From contig DAIDIE010000021.1 of the NCBI GenBank assembly GCA_027459505.1, forward strand, positions 92,504-156,503: a DNA stretch of 64,000 bases. The letters are read 5' to 3'. Made by a program: the position numbers and the translations under genes. This stretch comes from Acidobacteriota bacterium. GTDB taxonomy: Bacteria; Acidobacteriota; Terriglobia; Terriglobales; SCQP01. The notes beneath the pieces are model-generated. The model made no database searches. It was not told where the DNA came from and saw nothing but the letters and a program-made list of their open reading frames with translations. Of this stretch, positions 1 through 8,668 are shown one piece after another; position 1 is the stretch's first letter; each line of letters begins with the position of its first letter.

Positions 1-1270
1 GGAAAGTGCTGATCAACTGCCCTTGGCGGGAGACGCGCGAGTAGGCCAGCAAGTCGTCCAGAAGCGCCGACATGCGCGCGGCGCCGCCCTGGATAAAGCC
101 CATGAACTCGCGGGCTTCCTCGTCGAAGCGCTCCGTATAGCGCTCGCTGATGAGGTCGATGAAGCAGGCAATGGTGCGCAGCGGCTCTTTCAAGTCGTGC
201 GAAGTCAGATAGGCGAAGCTTTCCAACTCACGATTGGAGCGCTGCAAAGCGTCGTTGCTGGCCTGCAGCGCCGCGGTGCGCTCCTCCACTTTGCTTTCCA
301 GGGTGCGGGAAAGCCGCTGCAACTCCTCTTCGGCGCGCAACCGGAACCAAGTGGCAGCAATAATGCTGGCGGCGGCGCGCAAAAATTCCGGTTCACCGGC
401 CTCCCAGGCGATGGCGGTTTCATTCCGCTCCCGGCGCCAGTAGATCCCTATCGTGCCAAACTCCTCCCCGCTGGCACTAATTGGCAGGTAGGCGGCGTCC
501 CAATTGTCTTCCAAGCCGGACACAGAGTTGATTTCAGGAACCGCGAGGCGGCCGGCTGGTTCGGGAAGACTGGAGGAAGCCGTGACGCCCTGCGACGGGC
601 GCGCTCCCGGCGTCCAGTACTGCTGAACGGGGGAAAGATTCACGGGAGGAGGCGCCTGCTCCTGCACCGCCAAGCCGCGCGCGCCGCCGCCCGCAGCCTC
701 GGCGGCCACCGCCGCGGTGGCGTGCGTTTCCGGTAAAGGTTCGACTTTGCAGTAAACCACCCCGCCATTGGCGGCAAGGGTTTGGCTGACCATCTGCAGC
801 GCCGCGGTGAGAAAGGAGTCGAGGTCTTTGCAGTTCAGCGCCAGCAAACCCATTTCCGCAAGCACGCGCTGCCGTTCTTCGCCGCGTCTGGAGCGCAACA
901 GCGAGCCCACCGTGGCCAGCAGGATCTCCGGCTCCACGGGTGCGGTCAAATACGCGTCGGCGCCATGCTTGAGCCCGTGGGTGCGGTCAGCGACATCGAC
1001 AAAGCTGGCCGAAATGTGCAGCACCGGGATAGAGGAGGTGTCCGGGTTGCTCTTCACGCGGCGGCACAAATCGAAGCCGCTGCTGTCGGGCAAATTGATA
1101 TCGAGCAGCACCAGATCGACTGGCTGGCGCGTGAGATGTTCCCACATCTCCTTGCCGCTGGCCGCCTCCAAAATGTGATAGCCAGCCTTCCGCAACACAC
1201 GTGTGAGCGCGTAGCGATGGGCCGGATTGTCTTCCACCGTCAGTAGGGTTCGTTGAGGCCAAGACCGCAT
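1..1270 (-). CDS. Receiver (REC) + GAF-like + HisKA sensor histidine kinase, truncated by the left window edge
   Basis: Absent from the ORF track because it is open at the window edge. Hand translation of the minus strand from ATG at 1270 gives MRSWPQRTLLTVEDNPAHRYALTRVLRKAGY...VDLVLLDINLPDSSGFDLCRRVK (REC). It continues to ...RELESFAYLTSHDLKEPLRTIACFIDLISERY (H-box) and reaches nt 1 without a stop. There is a 3-nt gap to the stop of the upstream gene 1274..3364. Confidence 0.85.
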   Translation of the reverse strand, partial: MRSWPQRTLLTVEDNPAHRYALTRVLRKAGYHILEAASGKEMWEHLTRQPVDLVLLDINLPDSSGFDLCRRVKSNPDTSSIPVLHISASFVDVADRTHGLKHGADAYLTAPVEPEILLATVGSLLRSRRGEERQRVLAEMGLLALNCKDLDSFLTAALQMVSQTLAANGGVVYCKVEPLPETHATAAVAAEAAGGGARGLAVQEQAPPPVNLSPVQQYWTPGARPSQGVTASSSLPEPAGRLAVPEINSVSGLEDNWDAAYLPISASGEEFGTIGIYWRRERNETAIAWEAGEPEFLRAAASIIAATWFRLRAEEELQRLSRTLESKVEERTAALQASNDALQRSNRELESFAYLTSHDLKEPLRTIACFIDLISERYTERFDEEAREFMGFIQGGAARMSALLDDLLAYSRVSRQGQLISTF

Positions 1271-1273
1271 ATG

Positions 1274-3364
1274 CTATTCGCCTATTCCCCAGTTCAGACC
1301 GGCTCGGGCAAGGGCCTGAACCAGTGCATGATGGCTGCCGTTGGCAGCCGCGGCGCTTTTCGAAACAGCATCGACGACCTGCGGCGGAAATCGCTTTCTC
1401 ATTTCCGGCGTTAGAGTCGTCTGGGTATGGATAATGACTGGAACCGTTTTGGTGTGAGGCTGTGAAGCAAGCTGACGCAACACCTCAAAGCCATCCATTT
1501 GAGGCATTTCCATATCCAGCACGATGGCGGCGGGGCCGGCGGCATCGGCCATTTGCAAGCCGACAGCGCCATCCGCCGCTTCGCGGATGAGGTAGGGAGA
1601 ATCGTTGAGCGCCTCGCGCACGATGTAACGCGCGGTGGGTTCGTCATCAATGACCAGCAGGTGCGGCCTTCCGGCCGGCCGGGGCAGTTGGGAAACCCAG
1701 TTGCGCAGCCAGGCGCGATCCACCGGTTTGCGCGCAAACACGTCGGCGCCGAGTTCTTCCGCCTTGGCGCGATTGTCAACATCGGTAACGACCGCGACCG
1801 GAATCTGGCGGGTCAGAGGATGGTGCTTCAGTTCGGCCAGCAGTGACCAGCCGCTGCGATAGGGTAGCAGCACCTCCAGCAGCACCGCTACGGGGTCCAG
1901 CAACTGCAGAGCGCGGCGGGCATCGCGGACGCTGCGCGCCTGCTGCACGGAAATGCCCAGGGGTTGCAGGGCCGTTTTGTAGGCCAACAACACGTCATTA
2001 TCCGGTTCAACGGCCAGAACCACGGACTCGGATTGGCGCTCGGTGCTGGTGATCAGCGCCGGGGCGGCGCCGATGGCCACCGGAATGGACAGGAAAAATG
2101 TGGAGCCGGTCCCCAGTTCGCTCTCCACCCACAGGCGGCCACCTAACATCTGCGCCAGCCGGCGGGACAAGGACAAACCCAGACCGGTGCCATGCAACTT
2201 GGCTTGTAGAGGGCTATCCACCTGGGTGAAGTCTTCAAACAGCCGGGCCTGATCCCGCGGGGAAATACCCACGCCGGTATCGCTTACCGCCAAGACAAGC
2301 TGATCGTTTTCCGTGCTGAGCACGCGCAAACGGACCTCGCCTTCGGGGGTGAATTTCAAGCCGTTGCTGAGCAGGTTGCGCAGGATCTGATTCAGCTTGC
2401 GTTCGTCGGTGCGCAGACGCAGCGGCGGGGGATCGTCGAAAATGAGCTGGGTGGCGCCGGTCAGCAGTGGCCGCAACATGCCGCGCAGGCCGGTCCAGAT
2501 GTCCTCCAGATCGAACTCGGTGATGCGCAGGCTCATCTTCCCGGCTTCCGTCTTGGCCAGATCCAGCAGATCGGTGACCAATTGCGTCAGGGCCACTGCG
2601 CTGGAACGGATGAACTCCACCTGGCGCTCCTGCTCATCGCTCAAGTCGCCGTCGGTGCGGTCCAGAAGCAGACGGCTGATCGCGAGAATGGAATTCAGAG
2701 GTGTGCGCAACTCGTGGCTGACTTCGGAGAGGAAGCGCGTTTTCAGTTCGGCGAGATTCTGATAGTTTTCGGCGCGCTCATTCAGCTCGGCGTAGAGAGC
2801 CATGACGCCGCGATTGGTTTCTTCCAGTTCGAGGTTGAGGCGCTGCAACTCGCGCTCGCGCTGCGCGGCGCTCTCCAGCAACTGCAGCAACTGCTCGCTC
2901 TGATCGCGCAACTCCTGCTCAGCGGTGGGAGGCAGCGTGCGCTGCACAGCGAGCTGGAGACGCAACAAACACTCGCTGTCGGGAACCCGCGCTGTTACCG
3001 GGAGGCGCTTAACAAGCCAGACGCGGGTACCTTGGCCTGGCGCCGAGTCAATCCGCAGGGCGTCGACGAGACGGCTCACCCCGGCGAGAGAGCGTCCCTG
3101 CAGCGCGGCCTCTGGATCGGCGATGCCGGGGCCCTGATCCCGCACCAGCACGGCAAGTTCGCGCTCGTCGCGAAACCAGAACTCTACCCTGCCCCCGCGC
3201 GCGTGATCGAGCGTGTTGCGGCCCACATCGGAAACGGCCGAGGCCAGACGAATCTGGTCCTGCTTCTCCAGACCCAATTCGCGGCCCAGCAGCGTACACA
3301 TCTGCCGGGCGCGCAGCAGGTCGGCCGGTGTTTTCAGTTCAAGGCTGGAGATTCGTGTAGACAT
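1274..3364 (-). CDS. Hybrid sensor histidine kinase: N-terminal RsbW/RsbT-like GHKL module, coiled coil, HisKA, HATPase_c, two receiver domains
   Basis: 696-aa ORF. H-box is FLSEVSHELRTPLNSI. ATP-binding boxes are LRNLLSNGLKFT, VSDTGVGI and GTGLGLSLSRRLAQMLGG. Two REC-like segments are present (VLAVEPDNDVLL..., LLVIDDEPTARYIV...LDMEMPQMDGFEVLR). The N-terminal roughly 120 aa resemble the anti-sigma kinase fold (DQGPGIADPE...DSAPGQGTRVW). Confidence 0.9.
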   Translation of the reverse strand: MSTRISSLELKTPADLLRARQMCTLLGRELGLEKQDQIRLASAVSDVGRNTLDHARGGRVEFWFRDERELAVLVRDQGPGIADPEAALQGRSLAGVSRLVDALRIDSAPGQGTRVWLVKRLPVTARVPDSECLLRLQLAVQRTLPPTAEQELRDQSEQLLQLLESAAQRERELQRLNLELEETNRGVMALYAELNERAENYQNLAELKTRFLSEVSHELRTPLNSILAISRLLLDRTDGDLSDEQERQVEFIRSSAVALTQLVTDLLDLAKTEAGKMSLRITEFDLEDIWTGLRGMLRPLLTGATQLIFDDPPPLRLRTDERKLNQILRNLLSNGLKFTPEGEVRLRVLSTENDQLVLAVSDTGVGISPRDQARLFEDFTQVDSPLQAKLHGTGLGLSLSRRLAQMLGGRLWVESELGTGSTFFLSIPVAIGAAPALITSTERQSESVVLAVEPDNDVLLAYKTALQPLGISVQQARSVRDARRALQLLDPVAVLLEVLLPYRSGWSLLAELKHHPLTRQIPVAVVTDVDNRAKAEELGADVFARKPVDRAWLRNWVSQLPRPAGRPHLLVIDDEPTARYIVREALNDSPYLIREAADGAVGLQMADAAGPAAIVLDMEMPQMDGFEVLRQLASQPHTKTVPVIIHTQTTLTPEMRKRFPPQVVDAVSKSAAAANGSHHALVQALARAGLNWGIGE

Positions 3365-3468
3365 CCCGTTCCTCAGACTTCAAAGCGGCTTGGCTCTCTC
3401 CAGAAATTACACCGTTTCCATCAAAACTGTTGCCGTAGCACAAAGCGACGTCACCAGCGGCTGCCACA

Positions 3469-4476
3469 TCAGGCAGCGCGCGCCACCAGTACGGTGGCAT
3501 CGTCATTGCCACGCGCGAAATCGCGATACAGGACGGCCGCAACCACCGCCGGATGCCGGTTCCGCAACCCGGGGTATGGGTCCAGACTGATCTGACTGGA
3601 TAGACCGTCAGTGTACATCATCAACAACCAATCCTGGTCCACGGGAACTTCAAAGCGTTGTGGGCGGCGCATCTGGTGACCGGCAATGCCATTGATGGAA
3701 ACCAGGCTCCGGCGCTTACCGCTCCCCATGAGCATGCCGGCAGTGTTCCCGATGCCGGAAAAATACACCGGACCACCCGGAAGTTCGGCCTCCAGCAGGC
3801 CAAGCGCTGCGCCCCGCGTAGAGGCTAGCGCGGCATGAAGGCTTTGCAGCATATCCAAGCCGACGTCAGAGCTTTGCCGGATGCGATGCTTGGCGGCCAA
3901 GGCGGCGCGCTCCGCCTCCGGTCCATGACCCAATCCGTCCACCAGCAGCACAAGCGCGTGGTTTCCCACCAATTTCACATCCCAGCTATCGCCACAGGCT
4001 GTTTCACCCGGCTTGGGCACGCACACCGCGCCATAAGCCAATGGCTCGCTGCGGGGCTCCGCCGTCCAAACACGGGAGAAAAAAACCGTCCCTTTGCCGG
4101 GCTGCGAATAGTAATCGAAGACATGCGAGAGCCGGCGCATGGCGCCCAAGCCGATGCCGGATGTCCCAGCAGTGGAGAAGCCATCGCGCAAATTTCGCTC
4201 CGGGTCCGCCATGCCGGGCCCGCGATCAATAACCAGCATCTCGACACCGGCAGCCACGCCGGCGTCCAGAGGGCGGAGGAGGATCTCTCCGCGGCCGGCA
4301 TGGCGCACCAGGTTCGTGGCGCCTTCCGTAGCCACCAGCGCGGCGCGCTCGGCCAGAACCTCATCGAGCTGCTGTTGCCTGGCCAACTCGCGGACGGCGC
4401 GCCGCGCCACGCCTACGTGGCTCATATCGGTGATCAGAAGGCGCTGATGAGCAACTACTTCCATCGGGTGATACAA
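3469..4476 (-). CDS. GHKL (anti-sigma-kinase-like) domain fused to PP2C/SpoIIE phosphatase (RsbX/RsbU-type)
   Basis: 335-aa ORF. The N-terminus has ALVATEGATNLVRHAGRGE...IDRGPGMADPE...TSGIGLGAMRRL...QPGKGTVFF. The C-terminus has PP2C-like motifs GDSWDV, LLVDGLGHGPEAERAA, MMYTDGL and NDDATVLV. Its start overlaps the end of rsbT. Confidence 0.85.
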   Translation of the reverse strand: MYHPMEVVAHQRLLITDMSHVGVARRAVRELARQQQLDEVLAERAALVATEGATNLVRHAGRGEILLRPLDAGVAAGVEMLVIDRGPGMADPERNLRDGFSTAGTSGIGLGAMRRLSHVFDYYSQPGKGTVFFSRVWTAEPRSEPLAYGAVCVPKPGETACGDSWDVKLVGNHALVLLVDGLGHGPEAERAALAAKHRIRQSSDVGLDMLQSLHAALASTRGAALGLLEAELPGGPVYFSGIGNTAGMLMGSGKRRSLVSINGIAGHQMRRPQRFEVPVDQDWLLMMYTDGLSSQISLDPYPGLRNRHPAVVAAVLYRDFARGNDDATVLVARAA

Positions 4477-4859
4477 ACGGTTGTGCCCTTTCCTGGTGCG
4501 GAATCAATGTGAAATTCATCGGAGAGGCGGCGCGCCCCGCCGAGGCCCAGCCCCAAACCCTGCCCGGTGGTGTAGCCATCCTTCAGGGCTAAGGCGATGT
4601 CGGCAATGCCGGGGCCATTATCGGCAAAGGTCAAGCGCAAACCGGTACGCCCGCTTTCGTGCACCTCCTCCAGCAGCATATTGCCGCCGCCGCCGTAGAC
4701 CAGAGTATTGCGCGCCAGTTCGCTGGCCGCGGTGACCAGCTTGGTGAGCCCAACGATGCTGAAGCGCACATCTTCGGCCGCCGAGCGCACGCGCTGCCGG
4801 ATCACCACCACATCGCCGGAACTGCGAATGGGAAGCGATTCACTCCGGGAAATGGTCAT
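4455..4859 (-). CDS. rsbT: RsbT-like serine kinase / switch protein
   Basis: Trimmed from ORF 4455..5006 to the internal ATG at 4859 (MTISRSESLPIRSSGDVVVIRQR...). GHKL motifs are ELARNTLVYGGGG, ADNGPGIAD, GQGLGLGLGGARRL and APGKGTTV. It overlaps the rsbS stop by 20 nt. Confidence 0.8.
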   Translation of the reverse strand: MTISRSESLPIRSSGDVVVIRQRVRSAAEDVRFSIVGLTKLVTAASELARNTLVYGGGGNMLLEEVHESGRTGLRLTFADNGPGIADIALALKDGYTTGQGLGLGLGGARRLSDEFHIDSAPGKGTTVCITRWK

Positions 4860-5226
4860 TGAAGACGGTTTCCTCCAGGCGATCGCGCAACAGCTCCATG
4901 CCCAGTTCGACGTTAAGCGCCGTCTGCACCCCGGGCAGCGACATACCCAACTCCACCAAGGTAATGGCCACAGCCGGGCGCATGCCGACCACCACGGTAG
5001 CCACATCCAGCACGCGGGCCGTGGCGGCGATATTGCCGATCATGCGCCCAATGAAGGAGTCCACCAACTCCAGCGCGGAGATGTCCAGCAAAACACCGCG
5101 CGCGCCGGTCTGCACGATCTTTACCGCCAGGTCTTCCTGCAGCTGCTGGGCCAACTGATCGTGCATGTCCACCTGCACCGTGACAAGCAGATAGGAGCCC
5201 ATGCGAAGAATAGGAATACGTTCCAC
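4840..5226 (-). CDS. rsbS: RsbS-like single STAS domain protein
   Basis: 128-aa ORF, MERIPILRMGSYLLVTVQVDMHDQ...GVLLDISALELVDSFIGRMI. STAS fold with the conserved Ser in the DSF motif. It lies immediately downstream of rsbR. Confidence 0.85.
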   Translation of the reverse strand: MERIPILRMGSYLLVTVQVDMHDQLAQQLQEDLAVKIVQTGARGVLLDISALELVDSFIGRMIGNIAATARVLDVATVVVGMRPAVAITLVELGMSLPGVQTALNVELGMELLRDRLEETVFNDHFPE

Positions 5227-5229
5227 GGC

Positions 5230-6132
5230 TTAGAACTCCTTGGCGCCACTCTTGGCCCGCTCAAACTCGTGCAAAGCCGCCGCATTCAATTTGGTCCGCT
5301 GCAAAGCAAGTTGAAAGGCCCCAGCGAGAGTCGCCCGGGTGGTCACGTCGGTTAATTCAATGCCCAAATGCACGATGGTCTGGGCGATCTGCGGACGAAT
5401 TCCACTGATGATGCAATCAGCACCCATCAGGCGGGCGGCGGTTACCGTTTTCAGCAAATGCTGGGCAACAAGCGTATCGACGGTGGGAACGCCGGTAATG
5501 TCAATAATGGCGACGCGCGATTCGGTCTCGACGATTTTCTGCAGCAGCGTCTCCATGACGACCTGGGTCCGAGCGCTGTCGAGCGTACCAATCAAGGGCA
5601 GGGCCAGAATGCCTTTCCAGAGCTGCACGACGGGCGTCGACAACTCCAGCATGTCCTGCTCCTGGCGCTTGATGAGTTCCTCGCGGCTGCGGAGAAAGGC
5701 ATTGAGCGTGTGCAGCCCCAGGCCATCAATCAATTCCGTGGCAGCCCAAATCTCGGCGCTGAGCTGGTCGGCGCCGTTGGCCAGCTTCTCCAGGCGGAGG
5801 AAAACAGGGCGCTTCAGGCTGAAAGTAAGGGCTGCGATTTCGCTGGGAGTGAATCCCTGCCGGGCGCGTGCATCGGCGACGTCCACCAGGAACTGGCGCA
5901 CCCTGCTCATCGCTGGCGCATCCACCATGGCGTTGCCGTCCTGCTGCAGGGCGTCGCGCAGGTATTCCAGCAACATTTTCGACTGGTTGGCAATCTCTTT
6001 TTCGCTGAGGCCGTTGGTGCGCGTCTGGTTCACCAAATCGCGGTTCCAGTCCGACAGCAAATCGGCCTGCTGCTTGGTCAGGATCTCAACAAGTAGGCTC
6101 ATTGCGGGGGTTCCAAACGAAGTAAGGTTCAA
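5230..6132 (-). CDS. rsbR: RsbR-like stressosome sensor (N-terminal sensory domain + C-terminal STAS)
   Basis: 300-aa ORF. The C-terminal half is typical of RsbR STAS: LSTPVVQLWKGILALPLIGTLDSARTQVVMETLL...VAIIDITGVPTVDTLVAQHLL. The start may be the second Met at 6102. Confidence 0.85.
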   Translation of the reverse strand: MNLTSFGTPAMSLLVEILTKQQADLLSDWNRDLVNQTRTNGLSEKEIANQSKMLLEYLRDALQQDGNAMVDAPAMSRVRQFLVDVADARARQGFTPSEIAALTFSLKRPVFLRLEKLANGADQLSAEIWAATELIDGLGLHTLNAFLRSREELIKRQEQDMLELSTPVVQLWKGILALPLIGTLDSARTQVVMETLLQKIVETESRVAIIDITGVPTVDTLVAQHLLKTVTAARLMGADCIISGIRPQIAQTIVHLGIELTDVTTRATLAGAFQLALQRTKLNAAALHEFERAKSGAKEF

Positions 6133-6383
6133 TCAACCGGTTCAATCCAAAAGGAAAGTGCTCTCCAACTCTAGGCAGTATAGCAGGGCGGCCAAAGTGG
6201 CTTGGGGTGGGTAAGTAGGGTATGTCACGGGGATTGCGGCCGGGAAAGCGGAGAGGCTGGGCATGGTCGCTGCGGCGCGTCCGTGCAAGAGGTGCGGGAG
6301 CGGCGAGACCGCTCCTATCGGTTCTATCCACCCGCTTCGATTACCCCGGCCCGCTCAGCCATTCGTCCGGCTCAGCCGGAGGC

Positions 6384-7841
6384 CTATCCCAAGCCGGGAA
6401 CAATACAGCGGAAACCGATCGCGGGTGTGATGACGGTGCCGTCGCCGGGCTGGCGCGCGGAAAGCCGTAATTGTTCATAGGGGCTATTCCAGGCGCCCCC
6501 GCGCAGTACGTGATAGGTGCCGTCGGCAGGGCCGTGGGGGTCCTGGTCCGGGGAAATGGCGTAGTAAGACGGCCCGTAGAAGTCGCGCGTCCATTCCCAC
6601 ACGTTTCCGGACATGTCGTAGAGGCCCAGCGAGGTCGGGTCGAAACTGCCAACGGGAGAGGTTTCGCGCCACTTGTCCTTACCACTCTTTTTGCCATGGC
6701 AGCAACTGTGCGTTCCATAGTTGGCGTGATCATGGTCGATGCGCTTGGCGGTGAGATAGATCTGCCCGCTGGGTAATCCGTAACGGGCGGCGTATTCCCA
6801 TTGCGCCTCGCTGGGAAGGTGCCCCCCCATCCATTGGCAGTACTGCGCGGCCTGATCATAGGAGACGCCAACTATGGGGTGATCGGTCAGCGACCATGAA
6901 GGATTGAAGCTCTCATCGCTGTGATCCGGATCGACCGGATCGGAGGGCATCGGCAGATGCTGAGCGGCGGCGAAGTTGGTGTAGGCCTCCACGCTCACTG
7001 GGCGAGCGCCGATCCAGAAACCGTGGCTCAGGATGACGGTATGGGAGGGCTTTTCGTCATCGCTGCAGGCCTGGTCACCGGTGACGCAGCCCATTTGAAA
7101 CGAGCCGGCGGGCACCCAGACGTAAATATTTTTGTCCGTGGCATTGACCTGGGCGGTACCAGCGGGGCGGATGGCGTCCGCATGGGCCAACTGAGCACGC
7201 TCCTCCCTGACCTCCTCTTCGTGCATACGGGCGCGAGCGGCTCGCAGTTTACGCTGGTAGTCGCTATCGGTCTGTGCGCCGGCGGCCACGGCGGAGGCGA
7301 CACTGGGCACAACCTGTTGCTGCTGAGCGGCCTTCAGCTTTTGCCGCAACTTCTGCAAGCGGTCTTGCGAGTCCTTGGCATCCTGCATCTGGCGCATCTG
7401 GGCCGCAATTTCCGCTTGGGTGATTTGCGAAGTGGCGGGCTGCGGCGCCGGTGCCGGGGCGGGAGGGCGCACGGCCTGACGCGCCGGAAAAACGGCGCGC
7501 AGCTCCAGCGGTTTGTTCCCAGCCGTCAAATGCACAGAGTGCGTCCATTCGCGGCCATCGCGCGTCTCGGCGCGCAGCTCATGGTCGCCAGGCTCCGCCT
7601 TAAAACGCAAGCGCCCACCGGCGTGCACCACGCCTACCGATTCGTCGTCAACGTAGACGCGGCAATGGACCGAGGAATGGATGGTGACGCGCGGCTTGTC
7701 CGTGGAGGAACTCTCACGCGTGTTACGGGCAGAACGATGGTGCTCAGGCGCCCCGCGGTGTCCCCCCGGCGGCGGAGGCAGGCTCTGCGCCGATGCCAGG
7801 CAGCTGAGCAACAGCGGCACACAACAGAAGCGCAGCGACAT
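6384..7841 (-). CDS. Secreted FGE-sulfatase (SUMF1) domain protein
   Basis: ORF 6384..7949 trimmed to the ATG at 7841, which gives a signal peptide MSLRFCCVPLLLSCLASAQS. The C-terminal FGE-type domain has VWVPAGSFQMGC, DEKPSHTVILSHGFWIG, YCQWMGGHLPSEAQWEYAAR, GLYDMSGNVWEWTRD and LRGGAWNS. Confidence 0.85.
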   Translation of the reverse strand: MSLRFCCVPLLLSCLASAQSLPPPPGGHRGAPEHHRSARNTRESSSTDKPRVTIHSSVHCRVYVDDESVGVVHAGGRLRFKAEPGDHELRAETRDGREWTHSVHLTAGNKPLELRAVFPARQAVRPPAPAPAPQPATSQITQAEIAAQMRQMQDAKDSQDRLQKLRQKLKAAQQQQVVPSVASAVAAGAQTDSDYQRKLRAARARMHEEEVREERAQLAHADAIRPAGTAQVNATDKNIYVWVPAGSFQMGCVTGDQACSDDEKPSHTVILSHGFWIGARPVSVEAYTNFAAAQHLPMPSDPVDPDHSDESFNPSWSLTDHPIVGVSYDQAAQYCQWMGGHLPSEAQWEYAARYGLPSGQIYLTAKRIDHDHANYGTHSCCHGKKSGKDKWRETSPVGSFDPTSLGLYDMSGNVWEWTRDFYGPSYYAISPDQDPHGPADGTYHVLRGGAWNSPYEQLRLSARQPGDGTVITPAIGFRCIVPGLG

Positions 7842-8020
7842 GAACCAGCCCTCCTCAAAAGCGCAATTCATGCGGCCCAAAGCCGCATACCAGGGAATCT
7901 TTATGGGTGGACAGATTGTAGAGGAGTGCCGAATGTACGTCAAGGGCACTCGAAACGGGGGAGCGGGAGAGAAGGTTTCCGCTTGCCGGTACCCTGGGTT
8001 GGCGGTCCTTCAGAGTGTGC

Positions 8021-8193
8021 GCGGCACGGCCGCTTTTATTCCACTCGCTTCGGTGTCCGGCCGAAGCTCACGGATGGTGGCCGCGCTTTACTAGTCGCCA
8101 GCGGTGCGGGACCTGAACGGCAACCCCGGACCTTCGCTACGACTTCGGCCTGCGATCTCGAACTCGAAGGCAGTTCGACTCGGCCCTGGCTCG
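8021..8193 (+). repeat. Structured intergenic element, family 1, copy A (minimal core, about 173 nt)
   Basis: Starts with the hairpin GCGGC-ACG-GCCGC followed by TTTTATTCC and ends with ...CAGTTCGACTCGGCCCTGGCTCG. It aligns end to end with copies at 21327, 23693, 33739 and 44154 and lacks both optional modules. It ends 1 nt before the trmO stop codon. Confidence 0.9.
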
Positions 8194-8194
8194 T

Positions 8195-8668
8195 TTAGTT
8201 CCCGTTGGGCGGTTTGGCTGCCACCCGCGCCTCGGCCTCTCCAACCCAACCGCGGCGCAGGCGCTCGGCGGGAACGCTGGAAAGGTAGGGCTTAATGTCG
8301 AGCACAGGTGTGCCGTCCAGCATGTCCACGCCGCGGACGTGGAGTTGAGCTCCGTCGACCCGCAGCAGTTCCACGACGGTAAGGCCAAGCGGATTGGGGC
8401 GCATGGGAGAACGCGTGGCAAAGACGCCATGGGGCCGGTTGTCGAAGGGAGGACAGGCGATCAGCTCGGGCTCACCCTTGCGGCGGTCAAACACCCAGAT
8501 CACGAACAGGTGGGAGAAGCCCGCAATATCGGCCAAACCCGGCGCCAGTTCGGGTTTGAGTTGCAGTATGCCTTCAGCGTCGTGCCGGGCGCCGAGTCCG
8601 CGGGGAATTTGCGTGGTGTCAGAAAAAGGGGTGTGCGCGAAAGCAATGGGGTCCATGGCAAATGTCAT
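8195..8668 (-). CDS. trmO: tRNA (t6A37-N6)-methyltransferase TrmO / TsaA (YaeB) family
   Basis: ORF trimmed to the ATG at 8668 (MTFAMDPIAFAHTPF...). Characteristic motifs are FATRSPMRPNPLGLTVVELLRVDG...GVDMLDGTPVLDIKPY. ATGA start/stop overlap with the upstream gene at 8665-8668. Confidence 0.8.
   Translation of the reverse strand: MTFAMDPIAFAHTPFSDTTQIPRGLGARHDAEGILQLKPELAPGLADIAGFSHLFVIWVFDRRKGEPELIACPPFDNRPHGVFATRSPMRPNPLGLTVVELLRVDGAQLHVRGVDMLDGTPVLDIKPYLSSVPAERLRRGWVGEAEARVAAKPPNGN

Noticed and set aside
23-1246. Plus-strand ORFs 23..736, 768..1178 and 782..1246 (up to 237 aa)
   Set aside because: They are antisense shadows of the edge-truncated REC-GAF-HisKA gene on the minus strand. 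That gene translates into clean receiver and H-box motifs with no stop from 1270 to 1, whereas the plus-strand products are Arg/Ala/Gly-rich with no motifs.
4860-5006. N-terminal extension of the RsbT ORF (MWLPWWSACARLW...)
   Set aside because: The extension lies entirely inside the rsbS coding sequence in another frame and is Trp/Cys/Arg-rich nonsense. The internal ATG at 4859 gives a normal RsbT N-terminus.
8171-8193. tRNA/tmRNA-like 3' end in family 1 elements (GCAGTTCGACTCGGCC resembles a T-arm)
   Set aside because: No acceptor-stem complement exists at the element 5' end, there is no CCA or discriminator context, and there is no D or anticodon arm equivalent. The resemblance is limited to GTTCGA.
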